A stretch of 64,000 nucleotides of DNA from a virus (Duplodnaviria > Caudoviricetes), in the IMG/VR virus record IMGVR_UViG_3300032237_000764, positions 1-64,000 of that record. One strand, 5' to 3'. Both the position numbers and the translations under genes were made by a program. The notes beneath the pieces are model-generated. The model worked only from the letters and a program-made list of their open reading frames with translations. It did not search any database and was not told the origin of the DNA. Positions 1 through 9,596 of this stretch are shown in pieces; the first letter of the stretch is position 1, and each line of letters begins with the position of its first letter.

Positions 1-1
1 A

Positions 2-949
2 ACATCCACAGTTGTTAGCAGTGGTAGTTTTTATGCAAATAATGGTCTCTGGGCAAGTGGAAGTATTACGCAAAGTGTAGGAAGCAGCAGCATAACACTA
101 ACAGCACCATGGCCGGGTCCTGTGTTGCCAGCAGGCACACCGGTGAGAAATTCATTGGATGCAGGTACATACAAATATCCATTTGCACTCAATCAATTTG
201 TAACAAGCAGCATTTGGACAAAATTCACAGGTGTTGTTAGTGGATTGGATGCAAACGGTATTGATAGTGGTAGTTCGTTCAATGTATTTAGACCAGCCAC
301 GGCATTCGTTAGAATGATGTGGTATCCAAATTATCTGTTACCAGCAGATGCAAACGTGCAGCGTTTTAGTGCCGTCACATTTGGTGCTGAAGCAGATCCA
401 AGTGGCAGTGCATATGTTGTTGGTGGAAATGCAGTGACGGCAAATGCTATTTTAGGTACATCTAATAATTATTCGTTACAATTGGGAACCAACAATGTTG
501 TACGAATGACAATTAGTAGCAGTGGTAACGTTGGTATTGGTGTTAATAATCCTGTAAATAAATTGGATGTTGTTGGCAATATTAGTGCAAGTGTTATCAC
601 AGCAAGCGGTGCTACTATAGGTGGTGTTAGCTCAAATAATACATTGAGCATAAATGGTAACACTGCAATTGGCAGTTCTTATTACAACACTATCGGCCCT
701 GCAAATGGTCTTATTGTGCAAGGCAATGTTGGATTTGGAGTCGCAAATCCATTTAACAAATTGGATGTTGCTGGAAATATTAGTGCAAGTTACATCACCG
801 CTAGTGGTGTTACCGGTATTGTAAGCACTGGATATGCTGCCACATCCAGTTTATCGAGCGGAAGTTTTATCATCATGGAAAGCGCAACTAATGCTATATT
901 ATATTACAGAACAACAAATGGTACACTAAGAAGTGCAAGTTTGAATTAA
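2..949 (+). CDS. Tail-fibre/adhesin-like protein, C-terminal part (runs off the left edge)
   Basis: Frame is open from position 2, upstream of the tracked start; G/S/T/N-rich; two GNVGxGxxNPxNKLDVxGNISAS repeats typical of phage fibre proteins. Confidence 0.65.
   Translation, partial: TSTVVSSGSFYANNGLWASGSITQSVGSSSITLTAPWPGPVLPAGTPVRNSLDAGTYKYPFALNQFVTSSIWTKFTGVVSGLDANGIDSGSSFNVFRPATAFVRMMWYPNYLLPADANVQRFSAVTFGAEADPSGSAYVVGGNAVTANAILGTSNNYSLQLGTNNVVRMTISSSGNVGIGVNNPVNKLDVVGNISASVITASGATIGGVSSNNTLSINGNTAIGSSYYNTIGPANGLIVQGNVGFGVANPFNKLDVAGNISASYITASGVTGIVSTGYAATSSLSSGSFIIMESATNAILYYRTTNGTLRSASLN
524..808 (+). repeat. Two imperfect 29-codon repeats in the fibre gene (524-610, 722-808)
   Basis: GNVGIGVNNPVNKLDVVGNISASVITASG vs GNVGFGVANPFNKLDVAGNISASYITASG. 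Confidence 0.85.
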
Positions 950-954
950 TTTAT

Positions 955-1260
955 ATGAAAACACTAACAATAGAAACAAATAGAACATCGGATATAAATA
1001 TTGCTTTTTTAATAATTGATTTGCAAGATTTTGATCCTCATACAGGAGTTGTATTTATTTGTACATTTTTAAATCCAAATTCAACAATAATTGATCGTAA
1101 ACAAGTGATCATGAGTGGGCCTGCTTGGCAAAATTGGGGGCCGAGTGACGATACATCCACGGATGATAATTATGTTATTGATTACTGTTTAGAACAGTTA
1201 GGATTTGAACGCAAATCTATTTCTGAACCTTTACCAGAACCAGAAGTTGTTCTAAACTAA
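955..1260 (+). CDS. Hypothetical protein (possible fibre-associated protein)
   Basis: 101 aa ORF starting 5 nt after the fibre gene. Confidence 0.6.
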   Translation: MKTLTIETNRTSDINIAFLIIDLQDFDPHTGVVFICTFLNPNSTIIDRKQVIMSGPAWQNWGPSDDTSTDDNYVIDYCLEQLGFERKSISEPLPEPEVVLN

Positions 1261-1414
1261 TAAATTAACACAGCTCATTAGAAATTGACGGATTTTTATC
1301 CGACAAATAGAATATCAATTTCATAAAATAAAATAAATAAAACCCGGTATATATGTATATATATTTAAACAACGAATAATTTTATTCGTTAAAAATAACG
1401 AGTTAATTAATTAT

Positions 1415-1690
1415 ATGTCAGAACCAATTAAATTACAAGAATCGGAAATGCAATCATTGCAGGCAATTCAATCACGTTATCAAGAAAAGGTGTTTCAATT
1501 CGGACAATTTTATTTGGAACGAATAGCATTTGATGAGAAGATTAAAAATCTTGCTGATTTAGAAAATAAAGCAAAGGAAGAATTCGCTGTAATTCAACAA
1601 GATGAACAAAAATGGATGAATGACATTGCTTCCAAATATGGAGATGGAAATCTTTCATTGAAAGATGGTACATTTACTCCAAAAACATAA
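1415..1690 (+). CDS. Hypothetical coiled-coil protein
   Basis: 91 aa ORF, Q/E/K-rich, ends KYGDGNLSLKDGTF; followed by a terminator. Confidence 0.7.
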   Translation: MSEPIKLQESEMQSLQAIQSRYQEKVFQFGQFYLERIAFDEKIKNLADLENKAKEEFAVIQQDEQKWMNDIASKYGDGNLSLKDGTFTPKT

Positions 1691-1717
1691 AACTGTAATA
1701 CAAAATATTTAAAGCAT

Positions 1718-1751
1718 AACCACATAATATATTATGTGGTTTTTATTTTTT
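1718..1751 (+). terminator. Rho-independent terminator
   Basis: AACCACATAAT-AT-ATTATGTGGTT plus T tract. Confidence 0.8.
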
Positions 1752-2041
1752 ATGAATATTATATTTATTAAATATATGAATTTTTATGAACAGTATGATG
1801 ATAATTATCTTCACCATGTTGAAAATGGTCAAAACATACACAGCCATAATTAACTATGTTAGCATGTAATATTAAAAATTCTTTTGAATTTGAATATCAT
1901 GATAACTTTAGTCATAATCAAATAATCATTGAACCAATTATTTCAATTGACTCAAATTAAATATTTATGTTATAGCAATGTACATATACTTATTATAGTG
2001 GGTATGTCAAGTTTATTTACACACGAATAGTTTTTTTATTT

Positions 2042-2626
2042 ATGATCTATCTACAGGATATTTTAAAAGAAGTTACAGACGCGAATTTATTGGAACAAGA
2101 TTTGAGCCGTATTATATATGTTGATTTGGATGGCGTTCTTGTAGACTTTGACCGTGGTTTCAAAGATATTTCAGGTGGTGTCGATAAATATGATTATGTC
2201 AAACAGAACGGAGTAGAAAAATTGTGGAAATTAATCAATTCACAAGGTCAAGAATGGTGGGAAAATCTAAATTGGATGCCCGATGGAACAAAATTATGGT
2301 CGGCAATTGAAAACAAAAACGTAAAAGTTCTGACAAGCGGAAGCACTCGCAATACAGGTACAATGGCTATCAATGGAAAAAAGAACTGGGTAGCAAACCA
2401 TTTGGGACCGATTGAAACTATCGTGGTAAACAGCAGTCATGAAAAACAAAAATATGCACGTCCCGGTGATATTTTAATAGATGATTTATACAGCAACATT
2501 AGTGAATGGACTGTAAAAAAAGGAATTGGTATTCTACATCGCAATGCAGAAGATACAATTAATAAATTAAATGACGTTATAAATACTCAAACAGAAACTT
2601 ACGGTTATAGCTGGTCAAACGTATGA
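2042..2626 (+). CDS. HAD-family 5'(3')-deoxyribonucleotidase (NT5C-like)
   Basis: IYVDLDGVLVDF (DxD), LTS, K, ILIDD motifs. Confidence 0.85.
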   Translation: MIYLQDILKEVTDANLLEQDLSRIIYVDLDGVLVDFDRGFKDISGGVDKYDYVKQNGVEKLWKLINSQGQEWWENLNWMPDGTKLWSAIENKNVKVLTSGSTRNTGTMAINGKKNWVANHLGPIETIVVNSSHEKQKYARPGDILIDDLYSNISEWTVKKGIGILHRNAEDTINKLNDVINTQTETYGYSWSNV

Positions 2627-3312
2627 AAATAAGAATTTATAACAACACTCTCAATCCTGATCTTTGGCAAGATAGCAACACATTAAAGCCAGAAGTCAGA
2701 GAAGCTTTATTAAAGATTGCCCAAGATTTTTATAAAGACACTGAATTAACTGCTCCGATTGAAGATATTTATATGCTGGGCAGCAGTGCTAATTATAATT
2801 GGAGTCCTACAAGCGACATTGATTTGCATGTTGTGGTTGATTTTAAAAAAATCAACAATGATGTTGATTTGACAAAACAATTGGTTGACGCTCTCAAATC
2901 CAATTGGAACAAAAATCACAATGTGACAATCAAGAATCACAGAGTCGAGGTATACATTCAGGATATTAATGAGAAAAATAGATCTACGGGTGTATATAGT
3001 GTGCTGAACAACAAATGGGTATTGATGCCTCAAAAAATACGAGTGGTATTAGATAACAAATTGATTCAACAAAAATACACTAATATGGTATTACAAATTA
3101 AATCGGCAATCAAAGAACAAAATTTAGACAAATTAAAAAATGTACTCAAATTGTTATATAATATGAGAGAGTCAGGATTGAGCAAAACCGGTGAATATAG
3201 TGTAGAAAATATTGTATTCAAAATACTACGAAGTAGAGGATTTATAGATCAATTAAAAAATACAGTAAATAAACTGTACGATTCACAATTTTCAATAAAA
3301 GAAATTAAATAA
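2623..3312 (+). CDS. Pol-beta superfamily nucleotidyltransferase
   Basis: LGSSANYNWSPTSDIDLHV (hGS...DxD) and VEVY third acid; ATGA overlap with the upstream gene. Confidence 0.8.
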   Translation: MKIRIYNNTLNPDLWQDSNTLKPEVREALLKIAQDFYKDTELTAPIEDIYMLGSSANYNWSPTSDIDLHVVVDFKKINNDVDLTKQLVDALKSNWNKNHNVTIKNHRVEVYIQDINEKNRSTGVYSVLNNKWVLMPQKIRVVLDNKLIQQKYTNMVLQIKSAIKEQNLDKLKNVLKLLYNMRESGLSKTGEYSVENIVFKILRSRGFIDQLKNTVNKLYDSQFSIKEIK

Positions 3313-4867
3313 CAGTAGAATTGGTATATATCCATTTGCTATGCCCACAGTCCCAGATTCTATCATAACCGTGATTTTTCATATTTTCCCACTCGCTTAA
3401 ATTAGAATCAAACTCGGGTAAAAGAGTTTTTAATTTATGTTTTTGAAATCCCATTCTACTTTTTAAAGTTTTATAATTATCTATTATGTAATAATATCCC
3501 GGAGCTGTATTTTTTATGAATTGAAACCCTATATTTAAGTATACGTTTCCATCAAAAATTTTTCTATCACTGTAGGTTATGATGTTTTTTGGTGCGTGTG
3601 TTTTTACAAAATGTTTGAATAGTTTGTTCGCGGCACCAATAATTGTATAATTTAATTTGTTACAGTATCTAGATAACTCCCACTCGCACTTTTTATCAAA
3701 TCTACTTTTACAAAATGTCATAACGCTAATCAATTCATTCTCATAGAAAAGTCCATATTTTATAGATGAATGATCGTTTCCCTGTAAATGATTTTCATCT
3801 AAAAATATTTTACATACATCTTTGTCAATTTCACTAACAATACATTTACGAGCACCCAATCGATTTACATTACAATTTAATGTATTTCTAATCACAGATT
3901 TAACAATTTCTTTTTTATTGTTCCATTCATTTTCATAGATATGAATAAGACGAATTCCTTTTTTAATGCAATTTAGTGTTTTGTTTATATGATATGTTTT
4001 GTTCTTTTTTCCTAATACTTCACTATGCCAATAAATTCCATTGCATTCTATTCCTATTTTTTTATTTGGTATGTAAATATCAATCTCTTTAGGAGAAATT
4101 AATTGTCTGTCATTGATAACACATTCGATATTCAATTCAATTTTTATAAAATTATATATTTCAGATTGAAATGTTGATATCTCACTAACGTCACATATAG
4201 AACAGCGCGGAGCTTTTCCATCATCTATAAAACATTCAGTCGATGTATTACACCGTTTGCATTTAAATGGATATTTTTTATTGAATTTGTTTGTTACACC
4301 ACAGTATTCTTCCATAGTAAATCCCGCCTCAAAATTAACAAATCTATCATTATTTAGAAACTTCACAAACATTGCCTGTTTATGAGCATCTTTATAATTT
4401 TTTGTCAACGAATAATGCGAAACTCCGTATTTTTTATTACATGTTTCTTTGTATTGTTTTTTATATTCTTCTGATTTACTATAGTTATCTACTCCATATT
4501 TTTCAACAGATGTAGATTTTCGCTTTTCTAAATTATTATAACTCACATCTCCGTATCGAGTAAATAATGTAGATTCTACCTTTTCTCGGAAATCTTCATG
4601 TTTACTATAATGCTCGACTCCGTATTTCAACATTAACGAATTTTTTAGATTATTTTTTGTCTCGTCCGTTTGCATCGGATGCATTCCGTATTTTTTAATA
4701 AAAGTAGATTTTTGTGAATTAGCAATTTTTGATTTTGTATCTGGGTCGGCATTGCTGCATTTTTTACTACAATATACTTTTGTCTTGCATCGCCGCATTT
4801 CAAATTCAATATTACAAATTTTGCAATTTGCTTTAAGCCACGCATTATTATCTTTTTTTCTAGGCAT
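3305..4867 (-). CDS. Free-standing homing-endonuclease-like protein (Zn fingers, KYG repeats, PD-(D/E)XK domain, GNAT-like C-terminus)
   Basis: CxxC motifs, five KYG/RYG repeats, EIDIY...IGIECNGIYWHS; antisense insertion; likely start MPRKK at 4867. Confidence 0.75.
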   Translation of the reverse strand: MPRKKDNNAWLKANCKICNIEFEMRRCKTKVYCSKKCSNADPDTKSKIANSQKSTFIKKYGMHPMQTDETKNNLKNSLMLKYGVEHYSKHEDFREKVESTLFTRYGDVSYNNLEKRKSTSVEKYGVDNYSKSEEYKKQYKETCNKKYGVSHYSLTKNYKDAHKQAMFVKFLNNDRFVNFEAGFTMEEYCGVTNKFNKKYPFKCKRCNTSTECFIDDGKAPRCSICDVSEISTFQSEIYNFIKIELNIECVINDRQLISPKEIDIYIPNKKIGIECNGIYWHSEVLGKKNKTYHINKTLNCIKKGIRLIHIYENEWNNKKEIVKSVIRNTLNCNVNRLGARKCIVSEIDKDVCKIFLDENHLQGNDHSSIKYGLFYENELISVMTFCKSRFDKKCEWELSRYCNKLNYTIIGAANKLFKHFVKTHAPKNIITYSDRKIFDGNVYLNIGFQFIKNTAPGYYYIIDNYKTLKSRMGFQKHKLKTLLPEFDSNLSEWENMKNHGYDRIWDCGHSKWIYTNSTVI

Positions 4868-4987
4868 ATTTAGATTCCTTCTGATTCTTAACTTGATTAT
4901 AATTATCATATTTTAAAATATAAGTCAATTTTTTTTTTAATTTATATTTATTGTTAACGGCTACAACAACATAACAAAATATAATAT

Positions 4988-5479
4988 ATGGCAGACCTAC
5001 TAAATTCTAATGAGATATTCTTTACTTCGTTTGAACCAAAAGTAAAAAATCGCTTTATCCTTTACATGGATGGCATTCCTAGCTTTTTAATTTACAAATT
5101 CAAACGCCCAACTGTAAAGAGCGAAAAGAAAGTATTAGATCACATCAACATTCAACGTTATTACAAAGGTAAAACCACTTGGGATAGTATTACAATGGAA
5201 TTGTATGATGCTATTGTACCAAGCGGTGCTCAAGCTGTAATGGAATGGGTACGTTTATCACATGAATCTGTAACCGGTCGTGATGGTTATGCAGATTTTT
5301 ATAAAAAAGATTTGACTGTTAACGTATTAGGCCCAGTTGGTGATAAAGTCGAAGAATGGAAATTAGTTGGTGCGTTCATCACAAGTGCTGACTTTGGTGA
5401 ATTGGATTGGAAAGATACCGGCGAGCACTTAAGCGTTAATTTGGAAATTAGCGTAGATTATTGTGTGTTACAGTATTGA
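4988..5479 (+). CDS. Tail tube protein (T4 gp19-like)
   Basis: EPKVKNRF, KGKTTWDSIT, YKKDLTVNVLGP, EEWKLVGAFIT, GELDW pattern; 163 aa. Confidence 0.85.
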   Translation: MADLLNSNEIFFTSFEPKVKNRFILYMDGIPSFLIYKFKRPTVKSEKKVLDHINIQRYYKGKTTWDSITMELYDAIVPSGAQAVMEWVRLSHESVTGRDGYADFYKKDLTVNVLGPVGDKVEEWKLVGAFITSADFGELDWKDTGEHLSVNLEISVDYCVLQY

Positions 5480-5535
5480 TATTACTATTCGATTACGCTG
5501 TATATAAATAAAATAAAGAAATCGATTGATAAAGT

Positions 5536-5570
5536 AAATCCTCTGATAATACATCGGAGGATTTTTTATT
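5536..5570 (+). terminator. Rho-independent terminator
   Basis: AAATCCTCTGAT...ATCGGAGGATTT plus T tract after the tube gene. Confidence 0.8.
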
Positions 5571-5643
5571 TATGAATGAATTTAAATGCAAATTGTGTGA
5601 TAAATAATATAATAGTTATAATTTTTAAGCTATTTATTATCAT

Positions 5644-5976
5644 ATGAAAACAACCCGCAATTATTTAAAATCTATAATTAAAGAATGTTTAGATGAAATT
5701 TTATCGGAGCAAGATATAACTAAAGATCCGAAAGTTGCTGCTGCTAATGCTATTGTTGCTGCTGCCAAAGTAAAAGTGGCTGATGAAAAAAATAAATATT
5801 ATAACGATCAAATTAAAGCGGCAAGTGACGAAGAACGTAATGCAGAACCAGATGAAAAAAATGATGTTCGTAAAAAAATTAAAGATTTGAAAGACAAACA
5901 AAACGCTGCTAAATCTGAAAAACGAACTGCAAATTTAGAAAAATCACAGGCATTTGCTGCAAAAAGCGGAAAATAA
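5644..5976 (+). CDS. Hypothetical coiled-coil protein
   Basis: 110 aa, K/A/E-rich, N-terminal LKSIIKECLDE. Confidence 0.65.
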   Translation: MKTTRNYLKSIIKECLDEILSEQDITKDPKVAAANAIVAAAKVKVADEKNKYYNDQIKAASDEERNAEPDEKNDVRKKIKDLKDKQNAAKSEKRTANLEKSQAFAAKSGK

Positions 5977-6023
5977 AATATCTAAAAATTTAAAGTATTG
6001 TATATGTATTGTTATAAAATGTT

Positions 6024-6860
6024 ATGAGTGACGAAATTATTCCAATTACAAGACCATCTAGTGCAGGACCAACTCCACAAGCACCAGTAGTTAAAAATGA
6101 AACCAAGTATCCTACTGAAATTGTAGAATTACCAAGTAAAGGGTATTTTTATGCTCCCGATGATCCATTGAGCAAAGGATCGGTTGAATTGAAAATGATG
6201 ACGGCAAAGGAAGAAGATATTCTGACCAATGAATCGTTTATCAAAAAAGGAATTGTATTGGACAGGCTATTGGAATCACTAATTGTCGATAAAAGCATCA
6301 AGATAGATAATTTACTTACAGGTGATAAAAATGCATTGTTTATTGCCGCTCGTCGTTTGGCATATGGTGATAGTTATGGTCCAGTAGAAGTAACATGCAA
6401 TTCTTGCAGAGAAAAATGCGATGTTACTATCGATTTGAGTGAAATCAAAACCAAAGAATATGATTTTAGTACAAAACAAAAAGGTTTAAATTTCTTTGAA
6501 TTTGTTCTTCCTTATTCAAAGCGTGTATTGAAAGTAAAAATTCTTAGCAACAAAGATGATGTTGAAATCGAGAACGAGTTAAAAGGACTTGCTAAAATTG
6601 GCAAAAGCAGCAGTGAAGTAACCACTCGTTTAAAACATTTGATTGTATCAGTGGATGGTAATAATGATAAAGCATACGTTCGTCAATTTGTTGATGGTGA
6701 ATTGTTATCGAGAGATAGCATAGAACTTCGTAAATTCATTCGATCAATGTCACCTGATATCGATTTGAATTTTAATTTTACGTGCGAACATTGTCAAGCT
6801 GAAGAAAGAGTAGGTGTACCAATGACGGTACAATTCTTTTGGCCTGAATCTGGAGTATAG
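6024..6860 (+). CDS. T4 gp26-like baseplate hub assembly / tail assembly chaperone
   Basis: VELPSKG, MTAKEEDIL, two CxxC, terminal FFWP; lies between tube and tape measure. Confidence 0.8.
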   Translation: MSDEIIPITRPSSAGPTPQAPVVKNETKYPTEIVELPSKGYFYAPDDPLSKGSVELKMMTAKEEDILTNESFIKKGIVLDRLLESLIVDKSIKIDNLLTGDKNALFIAARRLAYGDSYGPVEVTCNSCREKCDVTIDLSEIKTKEYDFSTKQKGLNFFEFVLPYSKRVLKVKILSNKDDVEIENELKGLAKIGKSSSEVTTRLKHLIVSVDGNNDKAYVRQFVDGELLSRDSIELRKFIRSMSPDIDLNFNFTCEHCQAEERVGVPMTVQFFWPESGV

Positions 6861-7062
6861 ACTTCAAATTCACAAACAACTGTTTGAATTAGCATATTAT
6901 GGTCATCTTTGTGATTTGACCACAGGCTATCATTTGCCTGTATATCTTCGTAATTTCTATTACAAATTGCTTGTAGATGCCAAAACCAAAGAGGCAGAGT
7001 CTTACGAAAACAAAGGCGAATCTCCAAAACAAATCGCCAAACCCAATATTAATAGTCGTTAA
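6838..7062 (+). CDS. ATG-less overlapping ORF (gp51/gpT-like), probable frameshift extension of the previous gene
   Basis: +1 frame open 6826-7062 (FGLNLEYRLQIHKQLFELAYYG...LPVYLRNFYYKLL...); fills the gap before the tape measure gene. Confidence 0.65.
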   Translation, partial: FGLNLEYRLQIHKQLFELAYYGHLCDLTTGYHLPVYLRNFYYKLLVDAKTKEAESYENKGESPKQIAKPNINSR

Positions 7063-7112
7063 TTTTGTAAAAACGAAGTTAATGCCATATTTATATCTAT
7101 AATCATTAATTT

Positions 7113-9584
7113 ATGGCAACATCAGATCCAACAAAGATTGCTGAAGCATTAGCAAGAGAACTTAGCAATATTGAAAGAATAAATGCGTCTACTGTTAAAG
7201 GATTACTTGATCAAGAAAATTTAATGAATAAAGTTGCCAAAGCAGCAGCCAATGCAAAGATTCCTTTTAATACTATTACCCAAAATATCGGTGAAAGTGT
7301 AAAAAGTTCTCGTTTATTTCAAACAACACAAGATGAAATCTCTGAATTAACATCCAATAAATTAATTGCTGAGAGAAATTTGTTGAAGGCAATGCAACAA
7401 CAAATTAAAGCAAACGAAAATTTACAAGAATTAAATAAAATATTAAATTCAACTGCTGCTGAAAAAAAAGCATTGAAGAAACAAGAATTAGCTGATTTAG
7501 AAGCTGAATATGCATTAGGTGCCATAACAACAGAAAAATATAAAGAAGCAAAGAGTGAAATAAATACAAAATTTAAAAGCACTCGAAAATTAAAAGAAGA
7601 AACCGAAAGAATTTTACAACAGTCTGAATATCAAAACGAATTATCTAAAGAATATCTAGCTAATTTATCGGCGCAAATTTCAAAACGAGTCACTTTAAAT
7701 AAGGTGCAAAGTATCGGCACCGAAGTTTTGGGTCAGATGGGAGATTTGGGTAAACATATATCTGAATTAAGTTTTCCTGATTGGACTGATGTATTAAAAA
7801 AAGGTGTAACTAATTTTTTAGAGTACGATAAAGCTGCATTTGGATTGCGTAAAAGTATGGGTTTGTTGCGCGGCGATTTCGATGTTCTACAAAATAATGT
7901 AAAAACAGTAGGAATTGAATTGCAAGATTTGGGTGTATCATTTGAACAAGTTGCTGCATCTACAAGTGCGATTGCAAACGAATTCAATATGTTCGTGGCA
8001 TCAAGTAAAGAATTAGTGTCTGATGTTAGTGTGATTTCCGCACAATTAGGAATTGCAGAAACCGATTCTGTAAAATTCCTAAAAACAATGTCTAGTGTTG
8101 GTAATACCACAGTTGCTTCACAAAAAGGAATGATGGGATTTGCCAAAGAAATGTCAAATGCGGCAGGTGTTCCATTGCCAGCAGTAATGAAAGATGTTGC
8201 TGAAGCCAGTGATGACGTTCGTATTTTTACAGGCAGAAGTGCAGACAATCTGGTAAAGAGTGCAATTCAAGCACGTCAAATGGGAACGACTTTGCAAAAT
8301 ATGGCAAATAGTGCAAAGAAAATGTTGGATTTTCAAACAAGTATTGCGGATGAAATGGAAGCAAGTGTATTGCTTGGACGCGATGTAAATTTCCAACAAG
8401 CACGTAATCTTGCTTATAGAAAAGATATTGTTGGTGCAAATCAAGAAATTTTGAACATTGCTAAGAAGATTGATTTTGATGCAATTGACCCATATCAAGC
8501 TGAAGCATTTGCAAAAGCAAGCGGAAAGAGTGTTCAAGAATTGCAAGAAATGTTGCAGGCCGATAAAGAAATGGAATATATTCGCAACAACGGAACTGTT
8601 GAACAAAAGGCTCAATTAGAAAAAATGGAGCAAATGAAACGCATGCGAGCAGAAGAAGCCAAAGATGTAGGAAAAATGGCAGAACAACGTTTGCGTGAAC
8701 AAGCAAATCAAGAACGTATCAATCAATTGCAAAATCAATTCAATAAATTGATGAGTGAATTGTCTGGACCTGTAATGGATTTTGTTGAACCGTTGATGTC
8801 TGTTGCAACAAAAATACTACCACTTATTGCAACATATGTAAAATTTTTACTTCCAATTATTGTTCCATTTAAAATGTTAGTTTCTATATTAACAGGATTA
8901 GGAGAGCTTGGTGAATTTTTATCTTCATTTGGTAAAGTTGCAAACATATTCGGAAAAATTTTTCAATTTGCAGGAGGTATAGGTCGTGTACTAGGAATCG
9001 TTGGTAAATTTGCGGGTGTATTTAGTAAATTTTTAGGACCAATTGGATTATTAATCAATGCATTTCAGTTTATTAGCAGTTTAATGAATCGTTGGGAAAA
9101 AACACCAAAAGGATTTTTAGGTGGATTGCAAGCTATTGGCGGTGCATTGTATGATGTATTTTTAAAACCATTCGTAGATGTATGGGATTGGATATCATCT
9201 AAGTTTGTTGGTAATTCTCCATCTCAATTGGGCTTGGGAATTTTAGATGGTATTAAATCTGTTGGTGGAATGTTATTGGACGCATTGACATTACCATTTA
9301 GAACAGCATTTAATTTTGTTAGTGGTTTGTTTGGTGGACCAAAATTACCAAAGATGTCGGATGTTGTATTTGGTAGCAAAGAAGAAACGGGAGGAGGCAC
9401 TGCTGCTAAAGGATCTGATCTTGGAACAATTATTGCCGAAGGAAACAAACAAGTTGTAGCAAAATTAGACGAATTAATTACATTAATGTCAAATGGTGGT
9501 ATTGCTGTAAACATTGATGGAACCAAAGCAAGTATGTTATTGGCTAGAGCACAAAAAGAACGTGGCGCATTTGGAGCAATCTAA
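7113..9584 (+). CDS. Tape measure protein
   Basis: 823 aa, helical A/E/Q-rich with G/F/L amphipathic C-terminal repeats; position in tail module. Confidence 0.85.
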   Translation: MATSDPTKIAEALARELSNIERINASTVKGLLDQENLMNKVAKAAANAKIPFNTITQNIGESVKSSRLFQTTQDEISELTSNKLIAERNLLKAMQQQIKANENLQELNKILNSTAAEKKALKKQELADLEAEYALGAITTEKYKEAKSEINTKFKSTRKLKEETERILQQSEYQNELSKEYLANLSAQISKRVTLNKVQSIGTEVLGQMGDLGKHISELSFPDWTDVLKKGVTNFLEYDKAAFGLRKSMGLLRGDFDVLQNNVKTVGIELQDLGVSFEQVAASTSAIANEFNMFVASSKELVSDVSVISAQLGIAETDSVKFLKTMSSVGNTTVASQKGMMGFAKEMSNAAGVPLPAVMKDVAEASDDVRIFTGRSADNLVKSAIQARQMGTTLQNMANSAKKMLDFQTSIADEMEASVLLGRDVNFQQARNLAYRKDIVGANQEILNIAKKIDFDAIDPYQAEAFAKASGKSVQELQEMLQADKEMEYIRNNGTVEQKAQLEKMEQMKRMRAEEAKDVGKMAEQRLREQANQERINQLQNQFNKLMSELSGPVMDFVEPLMSVATKILPLIATYVKFLLPIIVPFKMLVSILTGLGELGEFLSSFGKVANIFGKIFQFAGGIGRVLGIVGKFAGVFSKFLGPIGLLINAFQFISSLMNRWEKTPKGFLGGLQAIGGALYDVFLKPFVDVWDWISSKFVGNSPSQLGLGILDGIKSVGGMLLDALTLPFRTAFNFVSGLFGGPKLPKMSDVVFGSKEETGGGTAAKGSDLGTIIAEGNKQVVAKLDELITLMSNGGIAVNIDGTKASMLLARAQKERGAFGAI

Positions 9585-9596
9585 TATTTATTATAT

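Noticed and set aside
1776-1960. Short ORF fragments between the terminator and the nucleotidase
   Set aside because: Multiple stops on both strands and no recognisable motif; at most a gene remnant
6794-9526. Antisense ORFs in the track over the chaperone and tape measure genes (likewise 18047-18835 and others)
   Set aside because: Shadows of codon bias in well-supported plus-strand genes; no motifs
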